54,543 bases of DNA. Source: a virus. Its lineage: Duplodnaviria; Caudoviricetes. Positions within the stretch are counted from its first letter, which is position 1, and every line of letters starts with the position of its first letter. This document shows, in pieces, positions 1-9,370 of this stretch. The stretch lies in IMG/VR virus record IMGVR_UViG_3300010218_000013, positions 1 to 54,543 of that record. One strand, 5' to 3'. The notes under the pieces are model-generated. The model ran no database searches. It had not been told where the DNA came from and saw only the letters and a list, made by a program, of their open reading frames with translations. The position numbers were made by a program, and so were the translations under genes.

Positions 1-13
1 GGCACTGCGCGCG
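1..13 (+). repeat. Terminal direct repeat GGCACTGCGCGCG, left copy (candidate cos overhang or assembly overlap)
   Basis: Identical to 54531-54543; lies just upstream of terS. Confidence 0.8.
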
Positions 14-47
14 CCCGTTCTTCCCGTTCTTGTGAATAAAAAAAACG

Positions 48-163
48 CGTTACACGTTACACGGTGGTGACACGGCGCGCGGCGCAAAACCTTATGGCAA
101 CTGGCGAGAAAGGTGTAACGCGAAAAAATCGCGGCGTTACACCGGACGCGGGGACCGTTACAC
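48..163. repeat. CGTTACAC repeats, candidate small-terminase (cosB-like) binding sites
   Basis: Copies at 48, 55, 135, 156; inverted copy at 113-120; variant GGTGACAC at 66. Confidence 0.5.
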
Positions 164-747
164 CGGAGGCGATTGGCAAGGCGGCGCTGTGCGCAGCGCT
201 GGGATGGACGCGCCCGCGCCTCGACCGTCGGCTTGATAGCGACGGCAAATTTCCGGTGGCGAAGCGCGGCACCCGAGCCGGCGGTTGGGAATTCGATCTG
301 GCGGCGGTGCTCTCGTATCTTGGCGGCGAGGCTTCGAACGATGCACCGGTCGAAGCACCGGCCTCAACGAAGCCGAAGTCGGTGTCGCGCGCGCCGATCG
401 ATTCACGCACGCCCATGGCCGCGCCGAAGTTCACGGCGGTGCCGCCGGCCGGCGTCGAGCCGGTCTTGCACGCCGGCGAGCAGAGTGCGCGTCAGCGGCG
501 CGAAGCGGTCCAGGCAGAGATCCTCGAAGACAAGCTGCGGCGCGATCGCGGCGAGCTCGTGCAGGTTGAGGTGATGCGTCAGGTCCTGAACACGATGCTC
601 GCGCACCTGGGGAAAGGTCTCGACAGACTGTCCGACCAGGTCGTGGAGCGTTGCAGGCTGCCCGAGGAATACGCCGACCAGATCCGCGTAGTGACCGACG
701 ATCTGCGCCGCGCGATGGCCGACGAACTGCGCGTGCTTCTGGAGTAG
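94..747 (+). CDS. terS: Terminase small subunit (Nu1-like)
   Basis: N-terminal wHTH (WEFDLAAVLSY), coiled coil, RGELV motif, upstream of terL; start 94 or 64. Confidence 0.85.
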   Translation: MATGEKGVTRKNRGVTPDAGTVTPEAIGKAALCAALGWTRPRLDRRLDSDGKFPVAKRGTRAGGWEFDLAAVLSYLGGEASNDAPVEAPASTKPKSVSRAPIDSRTPMAAPKFTAVPPAGVEPVLHAGEQSARQRREAVQAEILEDKLRRDRGELVQVEVMRQVLNTMLAHLGKGLDRLSDQVVERCRLPEEYADQIRVVTDDLRRAMADELRVLLE

Positions 748-750
748 CGG

Positions 751-2850
751 ATGCTCGAGCACGAATACGCCGACCCCTATCAGGTCGCGCGCGAGTCGCT
801 TAGCTCGCTGGTGCCGCCCGAACGTCAGACGGTCGCTGAATATGCGGTGCTTCACCGGCACCTGTCCAACCAGGGCGGCGGTTACGTGGGCCGCTGGCAC
901 CATGAAAAAGCGCCGTACCTGGTGGCGCCGATGGAAACGCTCACGCGTCTCGACTACCTCACGACGGTGGTGGTCGGGCCCGGGCAGTCGGGCAAAACAG
1001 AGATCGCACAAAACTGGCTGCTGAAGTCAGTCGCCAACGATCCGGCTGACATGTTGTGGTACATGCAGACCGACCCGGGTCTCGAGTCGTATGTGAAGAG
1101 CCGGATCAACCCGATGATCGACTCGCATGCCGAGATGGCGATGCGGCTCGGGTCTAGACCGATCGACGATTCGCTGCACTTCAAGCGGTTCGACGGCATG
1201 CGTGTCGAGTTCCTTTCGGCCGCACATAACAACGTCATCAACAAGTCGGCGCCGCGGATCGTCGCCGACGAGACCGACGCTTACGATCCGTCGCTCGGCG
1301 ACATAAAGACGCTGCTCGACGTTCGGCGCCAGACATTCGGCCGCCAGTCGATGTTGCTGGCGATGAGCCACCCGGACCGCGCGCGCGGTCTTGTTCCGGA
1401 TCGTGACTGGTCGTCAGGGATCATGGCGATGTACGGCGACAGCGATCGCCGCGTCTGGTATTGGCCATGTCCGCACTGCGGCGCGTGGTCGAGCCCGATT
1501 CCGATTGCGGCGCGCTACATGTCGCTCCATTACGACGAGAACCAGTCGCTCGATGAGATCGAGAAGAACACGCGGCTGCTTTGCCCGGTTAATGGCTGCC
1601 TGATCGAAGACCGCGAGCGACGCGCGATGAACGTAGCAGCGTTCCGGTCGCCGTTCGGCGGCTGGATCGGAGACGGCCAGGAGATCTCGCAGGACGGCGC
1701 CGTTGCCGGCGAACTGGTCGCGCGGAAAAGTGCGGGGTTCTGGATCGTCGGCACGATGTCGCCATTCATTCTCGGCGGTATTGGAGGCCTCGCTCGCGCC
1801 AAGGTTAAAGCTGAGCGTGAGCTTGAGATAAGCGGCGAGGATCTGGCTATTCGCCAGGTCACCGTCAAGCAGTTCGGGTTTCCCTACGCGCCGGCGCGCG
1901 GGGTCGGTTCGATCGACGCAAATGTACTTGCCGAGCGCGCCGACTCGGAACTGAAGCTCGGGATCGTGCCGGAGGGCGTCCGCTTCCTGACGGCCGCCGT
2001 CGACGTGCAGATTGCCCACTTCGAATGGCTGGTGCGCGGTTGGGGCGTAGATGGTGAAAGCTGGGTTATCGACAAAGGTCGCATACCGGGCGATCCAGCG
2101 ACGTCTGCCGATGACTGGGACCAGATCATCGGCCTCATCCAGCGCACCTATCCGCTGGCTGACGCATCTGGCCGTGCAATGCCGATCCGCGTGCTGGGCT
2201 TCGACAGCTACGGTCAGCCGGGAGTGACGCAGCAGGCCTATGCCGCATGGCGGCGATGGAAAAAGGCGGGGCTCGCACGGCTGATCGGGAAGATCTCCGG
2301 CCGCGATGCGTGGACGGTGATTCCGACGAAAGGCGCTGATGCGCTCGCCGCTCAGCGGCTGGTTGTCACTTATCCGGATACGTCGCGCAAGGCGAATAGA
2401 GCCGCATCGAGCGGCGACGTACCAGTCGCCCGGTTCAACCCGAACCTGTTTAAGGACGATCTCGCCGGTCAGTTGCAGCTTGCTGAGCCCGGAAAGCTGT
2501 ACGTGCATTTCCCGCATGCTCTGCGATCGCAGGAGCAGCCGCATGTCTGGTTCGAGCAGTTGACATCTGAGACCCGGATGAAGAACGGCGGCTGGGAAAA
2601 AAGCGCGGCCGGCCGCCGGAACGAAGCGCTCGACCTCATGGTACTGACGCACATGCTGGCGCAGTTGCATGGCCTGAACCGGATCTCATGGGACAAGCCG
2701 CCGTCATGGGCGAAGCCATGGGACACCAGCTCATCTCTTGTTGCTGCCACGGCGCTGGTCAGTTCGAGCTCGTCGACGGCGACGGGAACGCCGGCAGCGC
2801 AAAACGCGCCAGCCGACAAGAAGAAATCCGCTGTTCACCGATATCGATAG
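751..2850 (+). CDS. terL: Terminase large subunit, lambda gpA family
   Basis: Walker A GPGQSGKT, Walker B IVADETD, CPHCG, VDVQ, RRNEALD. Confidence 0.97.
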   Translation: MLEHEYADPYQVARESLSSLVPPERQTVAEYAVLHRHLSNQGGGYVGRWHHEKAPYLVAPMETLTRLDYLTTVVVGPGQSGKTEIAQNWLLKSVANDPADMLWYMQTDPGLESYVKSRINPMIDSHAEMAMRLGSRPIDDSLHFKRFDGMRVEFLSAAHNNVINKSAPRIVADETDAYDPSLGDIKTLLDVRRQTFGRQSMLLAMSHPDRARGLVPDRDWSSGIMAMYGDSDRRVWYWPCPHCGAWSSPIPIAARYMSLHYDENQSLDEIEKNTRLLCPVNGCLIEDRERRAMNVAAFRSPFGGWIGDGQEISQDGAVAGELVARKSAGFWIVGTMSPFILGGIGGLARAKVKAERELEISGEDLAIRQVTVKQFGFPYAPARGVGSIDANVLAERADSELKLGIVPEGVRFLTAAVDVQIAHFEWLVRGWGVDGESWVIDKGRIPGDPATSADDWDQIIGLIQRTYPLADASGRAMPIRVLGFDSYGQPGVTQQAYAAWRRWKKAGLARLIGKISGRDAWTVIPTKGADALAAQRLVVTYPDTSRKANRAASSGDVPVARFNPNLFKDDLAGQLQLAEPGKLYVHFPHALRSQEQPHVWFEQLTSETRMKNGGWEKSAAGRRNEALDLMVLTHMLAQLHGLNRISWDKPPSWAKPWDTSSSLVAATALVSSSSSTATGTPAAQNAPADKKKSAVHRYR

Positions 2851-2852
2851 CC

Positions 2853-3122
2853 ATGGCCACAACCGATCTTTGCTCGCCGCTGTACGGCATGACCGACGCG
2901 CAGCTGCAGGCTGCGCTCGCGTCCGCGCAGCAGGCGTACCTCGAGCTGCGCTCGGGCAACAAGGCGGCCACGGTGGCGTACGCTCAGGGTGACGGCTCGC
3001 GCAGCGTCACGTTCCAGACGACGAACCTCGCGAGCCTTCGGCTGTTCATCGGCGAGTTGCAGGCTGCTCTCAACCCCGGCGCGAGGATCTGCAAGCGTCG
3101 ACGCCTGGTGCCGTTGTTCTGA
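2853..3122 (+). CDS. Head-tail joining protein, gpW-like
   Basis: 89 aa between terL and portal; AYLELRSGNKAATVAY...RSVTF pattern. Confidence 0.8.
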   Translation: MATTDLCSPLYGMTDAQLQAALASAQQAYLELRSGNKAATVAYAQGDGSRSVTFQTTNLASLRLFIGELQAALNPGARICKRRRLVPLF

Positions 3123-4774
3123 TGAGCACAGCTATCACTCTTGTCGACTCGCGCGGTCAGCCGCTGCGCGCACGCGCCGACACTGGAGCTGGCCCTGGCA
3201 GTCTCGCGAACAACGTCGGGCGCGCCTTCTTTCCGTATCAGGCCGCCGACTGGCAGACGCAGGAGATGGGTGCGTGGCTGCCGTGGATCCGCTCGCCCGA
3301 TGCCGAGATCAACCAGTTCCGCGACCGCATGGTTGCGCGATCTCGCGATCAGGTTCGCAACGATGGTCGCTCGAGCGGCGGCATCACGCGAATCCTGGAC
3401 AACGCGGTCGGCTCATCGCTGCGACTGTCGGCCGCGCCGGATTATCGGGCGCTGGCCGCGATCAGCGGCGCGGCGTTCGATATCCAATGGGCCGATGAAT
3501 TTCGCCGCGCGGTCGAAGCGCGCTGGCGTCTCTTCGCGAACGACTTTGGTCGGTACAACGACGTGTCGCGTCAGCTGACGGTGTCGCAACAGTTTCGCCT
3601 CGCGCTGCGCCACAAGCTGATCGATGGCGAGGATCTCGTCGTCAATTACTGGATGCCGGAGCGTGTCGGTCGCGGCGGCGCGCGTTACGCAACTGCGTAC
3701 CTCGTTGTCGATCCGGACCGTCTGTCGAATCCGAATCAGATGGTCGACACGCGGTACATGCGCAACGGCGTGGAGGTGGACGACGACGGCGTGCCGATTG
3801 CCTACCACATCCGCAAGGCGCACCAGAATGACTGGTACAACTCGGTCGAAAGCATGATCTGGGAGCGGGTGGTGCGCGAAGACGATGACGGATGGCTACG
3901 CGTCATCCATGACTTCGAGCGTGATCGCGCCGGCCAGAACCGCGGCATCGGCGTGTTCATCCCCGTCCTGTCTCATGCGCGGATGCTCGCGCGCTACTAC
4001 GGCATCGAGCTGCAGGCAGCGGCGCTCGCCGCGTCGATCGGCACCTATGTCACGAGCCCGTACGATCCGTCAGAAGTGCAAGACGCGGTCGGCGGTGATC
4101 AGGAACTTGGGTACTACCAGGGATTGCGCAAGGATTGGAATGACGAGCGGCCGGCCATGTTTAACGGCGTGCGCGTGCCAGCCCTCGCGCCGGGCGAAGA
4201 CATCAAGGCGCTGACTTCCGATCACCCGCACAACGGCTTCACCGAGTTCGTCCACGAAATGCAGGGCTGCGTCGCTTCGGCGCTCGGCGTGTCGCTCGAG
4301 CAGGTGACGCAGGACTGGTCCAAAACGACGTACACGAGCGGCCGGTCAGCGCTGCTCGAGAGCTGGAAAACACTTGTTCGTCGCCGGCAGGAATTCTCAG
4401 TGGGCACCGCGACGCCGATGTATGCAGTCTGGCTTCGCGAATCGATGGAGAACCACGAGCTGCCGTTGCCCTCGGGCGCGCCGGACTTCATCGAGGCAGT
4501 CACGGCGTATGCCGGCTGCAGCTGGCTTGGGCCCGCACGCGGCTGGGTGGATCCGGTGAAGGAGCCGCAGGGCTCGATTCTGAAGATGGACGCGGCGCTG
4601 ACGACACTGAAACAGGAAGCCGCCGAGCAGGGTTCCGACTGGGAAGAGCTGCTCGATCAGCGCCAGATCGAAATCGAGGCGTTCCGTCATCGCGGCATTC
4701 CGCTGCCCGAGTGGGGCGGCGTCGAAATCGCGACGCGCACCGACGAACCTCCGAAGGAGCCGCAAGCAGCATGA
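3122..4774 (+). CDS. Portal protein, lambda family
   Basis: RSRDQVRND, GVEVDDDGVPIAYHI, RGWVDPVKE motifs. Confidence 0.96.
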   Translation: MSTAITLVDSRGQPLRARADTGAGPGSLANNVGRAFFPYQAADWQTQEMGAWLPWIRSPDAEINQFRDRMVARSRDQVRNDGRSSGGITRILDNAVGSSLRLSAAPDYRALAAISGAAFDIQWADEFRRAVEARWRLFANDFGRYNDVSRQLTVSQQFRLALRHKLIDGEDLVVNYWMPERVGRGGARYATAYLVVDPDRLSNPNQMVDTRYMRNGVEVDDDGVPIAYHIRKAHQNDWYNSVESMIWERVVREDDDGWLRVIHDFERDRAGQNRGIGVFIPVLSHARMLARYYGIELQAAALAASIGTYVTSPYDPSEVQDAVGGDQELGYYQGLRKDWNDERPAMFNGVRVPALAPGEDIKALTSDHPHNGFTEFVHEMQGCVASALGVSLEQVTQDWSKTTYTSGRSALLESWKTLVRRRQEFSVGTATPMYAVWLRESMENHELPLPSGAPDFIEAVTAYAGCSWLGPARGWVDPVKEPQGSILKMDAALTTLKQEAAEQGSDWEELLDQRQIEIEAFRHRGIPLPEWGGVEIATRTDEPPKEPQAA

Positions 4775-5655
4775 GCAACTATCCGCATCTCGCAACGCGG
4801 CTGTTCAACACGCCCATCGCGATCGCGCCGCAGAAGGCCGAGATCGTGATGGCGGCGCTGGCTGACCGATTCGGTATCTCCAAACTGTTTCGCGCGTCGG
4901 GCGACGTTGTCGTGCTCGCCGATGGCGGCGCAAAAGCGTTTCTCGACGGTATGGACTCGGGCGGCCGCGCCGACTATCGGCCCTACGAGATCATCTCCGG
5001 CGTAGCGATCATCCCGATCGAGGGCACGCTCGTACAGAAGCTCGGAGAGATGCGGCCATATTCAGGCATGACCGGCTACGACGGCATCCGCGCGAATCTG
5101 AGCATGGCGATGAACGATGAAGACGTGCGCGCCATCGTGCTCGATATCGACTCGCCAGGCGGCGAGGTAGCGGGATGCTTCGACCTCGTCGACGCGATCT
5201 ATCAGGCAAGCGGCACAAAGCCGATTTGGGCAATCCTCACCGAGCACGCGTTCTCTGCCGCGTACGCGATCGCAAGCGCGGCGACACGAATCATCGTGCC
5301 GCGCACGGGCGGCACTGGCAGCGTCGGCGTCATCTGCATGCACGTCGACTTCTCGCAGGCGCTTTCAAAAGCCGGGATCGAGGTGACGTTGATCCACTAC
5401 GGCGCGAAGAAAGCGGACGGCAGCGACATGAAGCCACTTTCGAAAGACGCGCTCGTGCGCTATCAGGCCGACGTCGATGCGATGGGCGAGCTGTTTGTCG
5501 AGACCGTCGCGCGCAACCGCAATCTTTCTACTGCCAAGGTGCGTGGCACCGAGGCGGGCACTTTTCTGGGCGCCGCCGGCGTCGAGATCGGCTTCGCCGA
5601 TGCCGTTATGGCGCCGGACGAGGCCTTTGCGTCCCTGCTCGACGAGCTGGGCTGA
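4771..5655 (+). CDS. Head maturation protease, S49/SppA family
   Basis: IDSPGG, SAAYAIASAA, TGSVGV; ATGA overlap with portal. Confidence 0.93.
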   Translation: MSNYPHLATRLFNTPIAIAPQKAEIVMAALADRFGISKLFRASGDVVVLADGGAKAFLDGMDSGGRADYRPYEIISGVAIIPIEGTLVQKLGEMRPYSGMTGYDGIRANLSMAMNDEDVRAIVLDIDSPGGEVAGCFDLVDAIYQASGTKPIWAILTEHAFSAAYAIASAATRIIVPRTGGTGSVGVICMHVDFSQALSKAGIEVTLIHYGAKKADGSDMKPLSKDALVRYQADVDAMGELFVETVARNRNLSTAKVRGTEAGTFLGAAGVEIGFADAVMAPDEAFASLLDELG

Positions 5656-5679
5656 TTCCCCCACCAACAGGGCCATCAA

Positions 5680-6405
5680 ATGAGTAACTTGCTTCGCAAT
5701 CTGACCTCGCGTGGGCTGAGTTTTGCCCATCTCGCGAAAGTACCGGCACGCGCCGGCGACGATACGCCGCCGCCGGACGACGACAACAAGGGCAAAAAGA
5801 GCAAAGCCGAAGGCGACGACACGGAAAACAACGACCAGGATCGTGAAAACGGCAACGGCAAAAGTGGCAAAGCCGGCGACGATACGCCGCCGCCGGACGA
5901 CGACAACAAGGGCAAAAAGAGCAAAGCCGAAGGCGACGACACGGAAAACAACGACCAGGATCGTGAAAACGGCAACGGCAAAAGTGGCAAAGCCGGCGAC
6001 GATACGCCGCCGCCGGACGACGACAACAAGGGCAAAAAGAGCAAAGCCGAAGGCGACGACACGGAAAACGCCGACGACGATGACGACGAGGAAGAGATGC
6101 GCGGCAGCAGCGCGTCGGCGAAAGCCCGTCGCCGCGAGCGTATGCGCTGCGCCAGGATCATGGGCTCGGCCGCAGCCGGCAAGAACCCGGTCCTTGCGGC
6201 GAACCTCGCGTTCAACACCTCGATGACGCGCAAGGAAGCGCTCGCAGTGCTCGAGGGCACGCCGGCGCCAGCGGCCGCAGCGCCGGTCTCGCGCCGCAAT
6301 CCCCAGCTCGGCGCCGGCGGCGAGCGTGGCGTCAGCTCGCACCAGGCGATCGAGGCGAGCTGGGACGTCGCAATGGAAAAGGCTCGTCCCAGCCGTCAGC
6401 GTTAA
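5680..6405 (+). CDS. Putative scaffold protein with repeated acidic linker
   Basis: Between protease and decoration genes; ARRRERMRCARI / LAFNT..EALAVL C-terminus. Confidence 0.7.
   Translation: MSNLLRNLTSRGLSFAHLAKVPARAGDDTPPPDDDNKGKKSKAEGDDTENNDQDRENGNGKSGKAGDDTPPPDDDNKGKKSKAEGDDTENNDQDRENGNGKSGKAGDDTPPPDDDNKGKKSKAEGDDTENADDDDDEEEMRGSSASAKARRRERMRCARIMGSAAAGKNPVLAANLAFNTSMTRKEALAVLEGTPAPAAAAPVSRRNPQLGAGGERGVSSHQAIEASWDVAMEKARPSRQR
5752..6069 (+). repeat. Perfect 120-bp tandem repeat, about 2.65 copies, in frame (40 aa)
   Basis: Units start at 5752, 5872, 5992 and are identical. Confidence 0.97.
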
Positions 6406-6445
6406 TCCGCGGCCCTTCGTCAATCCAATTCAGAGGTAGCACATC

Positions 6446-7102
6446 ATGAGTCAAACCCCTCTCGTCGAAGGCCGCCACGATGGTGGCTTTCTGGTCAGCG
6501 AAGCACGCGGCCATCGTTCGCGCGATCGCGGCACACTCAGCGGCGCCGTCAAGCATCAGGCCGGCACCGTACTCGGCAAGAAAACGGGCGGCACCGCGAC
6601 GGCCGCTGCCAAGGCAGGCAACACCGGCAATGGCACCTTCACGCTCGACGCGACGACTCCCGTAGTCGGTAATGCGCAGCCGGGCGTGTATATCGTGCGC
6701 TGCACTACGGCCGCTGCCAACGGCGGCACTTTCCGCGTGTTCGATCCGACAGGCGATGTGATCGGCGATGTTGCAGTCGGCTCCACGTTCAACGATCAGC
6801 TCAAGTTCGTGATCGCCGACGGCGCGACGGACTTCGTCGTCGGCGACGAGTTCGACGTCACGGTCTCGGCGCTGTCGAAGATCTTTGTGCCATTGAGCCT
6901 GACCGCAACCGACGGCTCGCAGATTGCCGCAGGCATCTCGTTCGCGAATGTCGACGCCACGGCCGCCGATCAGACCGGCACGGTGGTGACGCGCGATTGC
7001 GAGGTGAACGGCTTCGAACTTTTCTGGCCGAGCGGCGCGACCACTGCGCAGATCGCCACCGGTACGGCGCAGCTCGCAGCCCTGGGAATCATCGTCCGCT
7101 GA
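6446..7102 (+). CDS. Head decoration protein (gpD-like) with inserted domain
   Basis: FLVSEARGHRSR, AGTVLGK, DGSQIAAGI, LAALGIIVR; upstream of capsid gene. Confidence 0.85.
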   Translation: MSQTPLVEGRHDGGFLVSEARGHRSRDRGTLSGAVKHQAGTVLGKKTGGTATAAAKAGNTGNGTFTLDATTPVVGNAQPGVYIVRCTTAAANGGTFRVFDPTGDVIGDVAVGSTFNDQLKFVIADGATDFVVGDEFDVTVSALSKIFVPLSLTATDGSQIAAGISFANVDATAADQTGTVVTRDCEVNGFELFWPSGATTAQIATGTAQLAALGIIVR

Positions 7103-7175
7103 TCTCCAGAAGTACTTTTCTTCAAGGGTAAATCTCGGCCGCGCAAGCGGCCATTATTATTTCTGGGAGCCAATA

Positions 7176-8213
7176 ATGGCCAGTTTGGACGTGTTTCACC
7201 AGGATGCGTTTTCGACCATCCAACTGACGACCGCGATCGAGAAAAAACCGTTTCAACCGACGGGTCTGGGCGATCTCGGTATCTTCGAAGACGACCCGAT
7301 TCGCACGACCGCTCTGGCTGTCGAACAGCGGCAAGGCAAGCTGGTCGTCGTGCCATTCAGCGAGCGCGGGCAGGAAGGCACGCAACGCACGACCGAGCAG
7401 CGTGAAGCGCGCTACTTCAAGGTGCCGCGGATCATGCACAGCGACACGCTGTACGCGAACGAAATCCAGGACATTCGCGCGTTCGGTACGGAATCCGAAC
7501 TGATGCAGGTGCAGGCGGAAGTCGCACGCCGCTTGAATGGCCCCACGGGTCTCACGAGCAATATCGAATACACGTGGGAATACCACCGTCTCGCGGCCGT
7601 GCAGGGCATGCTTCTCGACGCAGACGGATCGGTGAAGTACAACTGGTTCGACGAATTCGGTATCACGCCGCCGACGGAAGTGCCGTTCAACCTCTCCGCA
7701 GGCACAGCCAACAGCCTGCGCCCGATCGTCAACGGCATTGTGCGTTCGATGGCTCGCAAGGCGCAGGGTGCTTTTCTGCCTACGACGAAGGTCTACGCGC
7801 TGTGCGGAGACCTGTTTTACGACGAACTCACTAACCATCCGGACGTGATCCGCACCTACCTGAACTGGAGCGCGGCGCAGGAGCTGCGCGACAACAGTCA
7901 AGGCGCGGCGTTCGAAGCGTTCCCGTTCGCGGGCGTCATCTGGTCGAACTACCGCGGTTCGGACGACAACACGACGCTGAAGATCGCTGACGACAAGGTC
8001 AAGTTTTTCCCCGTCGGTGCTCCCGGCGTTTTCCGCCGCGCGCTCGCGCCGGGCGAGTCGTTCGAATGGGTCAATACGCCGGGCAAGGCGATGTACGTGA
8101 TCCCCATCTTCGATCGCGACCGCAACTCGTGGTGGAAGATGGAGGTGTACAGCTATCCGCTTCACATCTGCACACGCCCGGAAGTTCTGCAGACCGGCCG
8201 CGCCGGTACGTAA
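7176..8213 (+). CDS. Major capsid protein, lambda gpE family
   Basis: LTTAI, IRAFG, SYPLHICTRP; size and position. Confidence 0.93.
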   Translation: MASLDVFHQDAFSTIQLTTAIEKKPFQPTGLGDLGIFEDDPIRTTALAVEQRQGKLVVVPFSERGQEGTQRTTEQREARYFKVPRIMHSDTLYANEIQDIRAFGTESELMQVQAEVARRLNGPTGLTSNIEYTWEYHRLAAVQGMLLDADGSVKYNWFDEFGITPPTEVPFNLSAGTANSLRPIVNGIVRSMARKAQGAFLPTTKVYALCGDLFYDELTNHPDVIRTYLNWSAAQELRDNSQGAAFEAFPFAGVIWSNYRGSDDNTTLKIADDKVKFFPVGAPGVFRRALAPGESFEWVNTPGKAMYVIPIFDRDRNSWWKMEVYSYPLHICTRPEVLQTGRAGT

Positions 8214-8215
8214 CC

Positions 8216-8566
8216 GTGCCGTTCGATTGGCGCGCCGTGACCGACAGGATGAACGGCGTAGTGATGGAGACGTTCGGTGAGACCGAGCGGGTTCTGTACA
8301 TGCCCGCTACCGGTGAGACGCCGTACGAGGTCGACGGCGTCTTCGACGAGGCCTTCCTCGATCTGAGCATCGTCGACGGCGCGCAGGTGGCCACCGTTCA
8401 GCCGCGTCTCGGCATTCAGCTCTCACAGTTCACTCATGCGCCGGTGCAGGACGATCAGCTTCAGATCATCCGAACGGGGCTTGTGTACGTGGTGCGCGAA
8501 CCTCGGCTCGACGGCTGGGGCGGCGGCGGTCTGATGCTCAACCTCGTGAGTAACGGCAATGGCTGA
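8216..8566 (+). CDS. Head-tail adaptor/closure protein (FII-like)
   Basis: GTG start after capsid stop; YEVDGVFDEA, YVVREPRLDG. Confidence 0.7.
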   Translation: MPFDWRAVTDRMNGVVMETFGETERVLYMPATGETPYEVDGVFDEAFLDLSIVDGAQVATVQPRLGIQLSQFTHAPVQDDQLQIIRTGLVYVVREPRLDGWGGGGLMLNLVSNGNG

Positions 8567-9167
8567 TCCGACTGGCCGCTCGGCCATGCGCAAGCTGGTG
8601 GTTGCCGCGCTGCAGGCGGCAGCGGTGGCGCCCACCATCAGGTCGCCCGGCGACTGGATCACGCCCCCGACGAAGTTGCCGGCGGTTCTCGTGCGCTGCG
8701 GCGACGATCAGAAGACGTCCCTCGGCACGAACGGTGAAACGCAGTTCAACACGGACTTCGTCATCGAGATACGAGGCATCGTCTCGGGCGCGACTGCCGA
8801 AGCCGCACAGGACGCGCTGGAAGATCTGGGCGCGACGATCGAGGACGTCCTGCTTCGAAACGTGGTCATTCGCGCAGCGGCGCAGGATTTTCCAGTAATA
8901 GCCACGGCCAGCGAAATAAAAGCGGAAGGCCAGATCCATTTCGGCGCCATCAGCATCGCTGCGCACTTCCAGATATACGAGGCGTTCGACCCGGACGTGA
9001 CCACTTCTCTGCAAGAGCTTTCTCTCACGGCAGACCTCAGAAACGTCTACGACCCGAGCGGCACATATCCAAATCCGCCGTTCCCTGACGCAGTCCAGCC
9101 AGCACCGCGCACTTCGGGCCCCGACGGCCGTGCAGAGGGCGGCTTCGATATTGAACTTCCCCAATAG
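8559..9167 (+). CDS. Tail terminator/completion protein
   Basis: LPAVLV...IEIRG pattern; position before sheath. Confidence 0.65.
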   Translation: MADPTGRSAMRKLVVAALQAAAVAPTIRSPGDWITPPTKLPAVLVRCGDDQKTSLGTNGETQFNTDFVIEIRGIVSGATAEAAQDALEDLGATIEDVLLRNVVIRAAAQDFPVIATASEIKAEGQIHFGAISIAAHFQIYEAFDPDVTTSLQELSLTADLRNVYDPSGTYPNPPFPDAVQPAPRTSGPDGRAEGGFDIELPQ

Positions 9168-9176
9168 GAGTGACGC

Positions 9177-9368
9177 ATGTTCGTCAAACCCGCCCCGGGT
9201 CTGAAGATTCGCGACCCTGAACTGAGAGACCTGATCCCGGACGATGGCCGGGAAGTGTCGGACGACGATCTGTATTGGCACCGCCGCTTGCGCGATGGTG
9301 ACGTCGTCCTCGTTGAAACAAAGGCGCCGGCTACTGTCCAGCTCGCGCGTAACGTCGGGAGCGAATAA
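9177..9368 (+). CDS. DUF2635 family (Mu gp38-like)
   Basis: VKPAPGLKIRDP...YWHRRLRDGDV. Confidence 0.88.
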   Translation: MFVKPAPGLKIRDPELRDLIPDDGREVSDDDLYWHRRLRDGDVVLVETKAPATVQLARNVGSE

Positions 9369-9370
9369 TC

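Noticed and set aside
1414-2670. 418-aa minus-strand ORF, and similar long shadows at 5365-6423, 7122-8165, 9047-10237, 32499-33548, 36592-37821, 50897-52183
   Set aside because: Antisense shadows of well-supported GC-rich genes, with no motifs and no evident coupling into a same-strand operon.
5752-6069. Possible CRISPR array or DGR repeat
   Set aside because: Units are contiguous and identical with no spacers or adenine-specific variation; no cas or reverse transcriptase gene seen.
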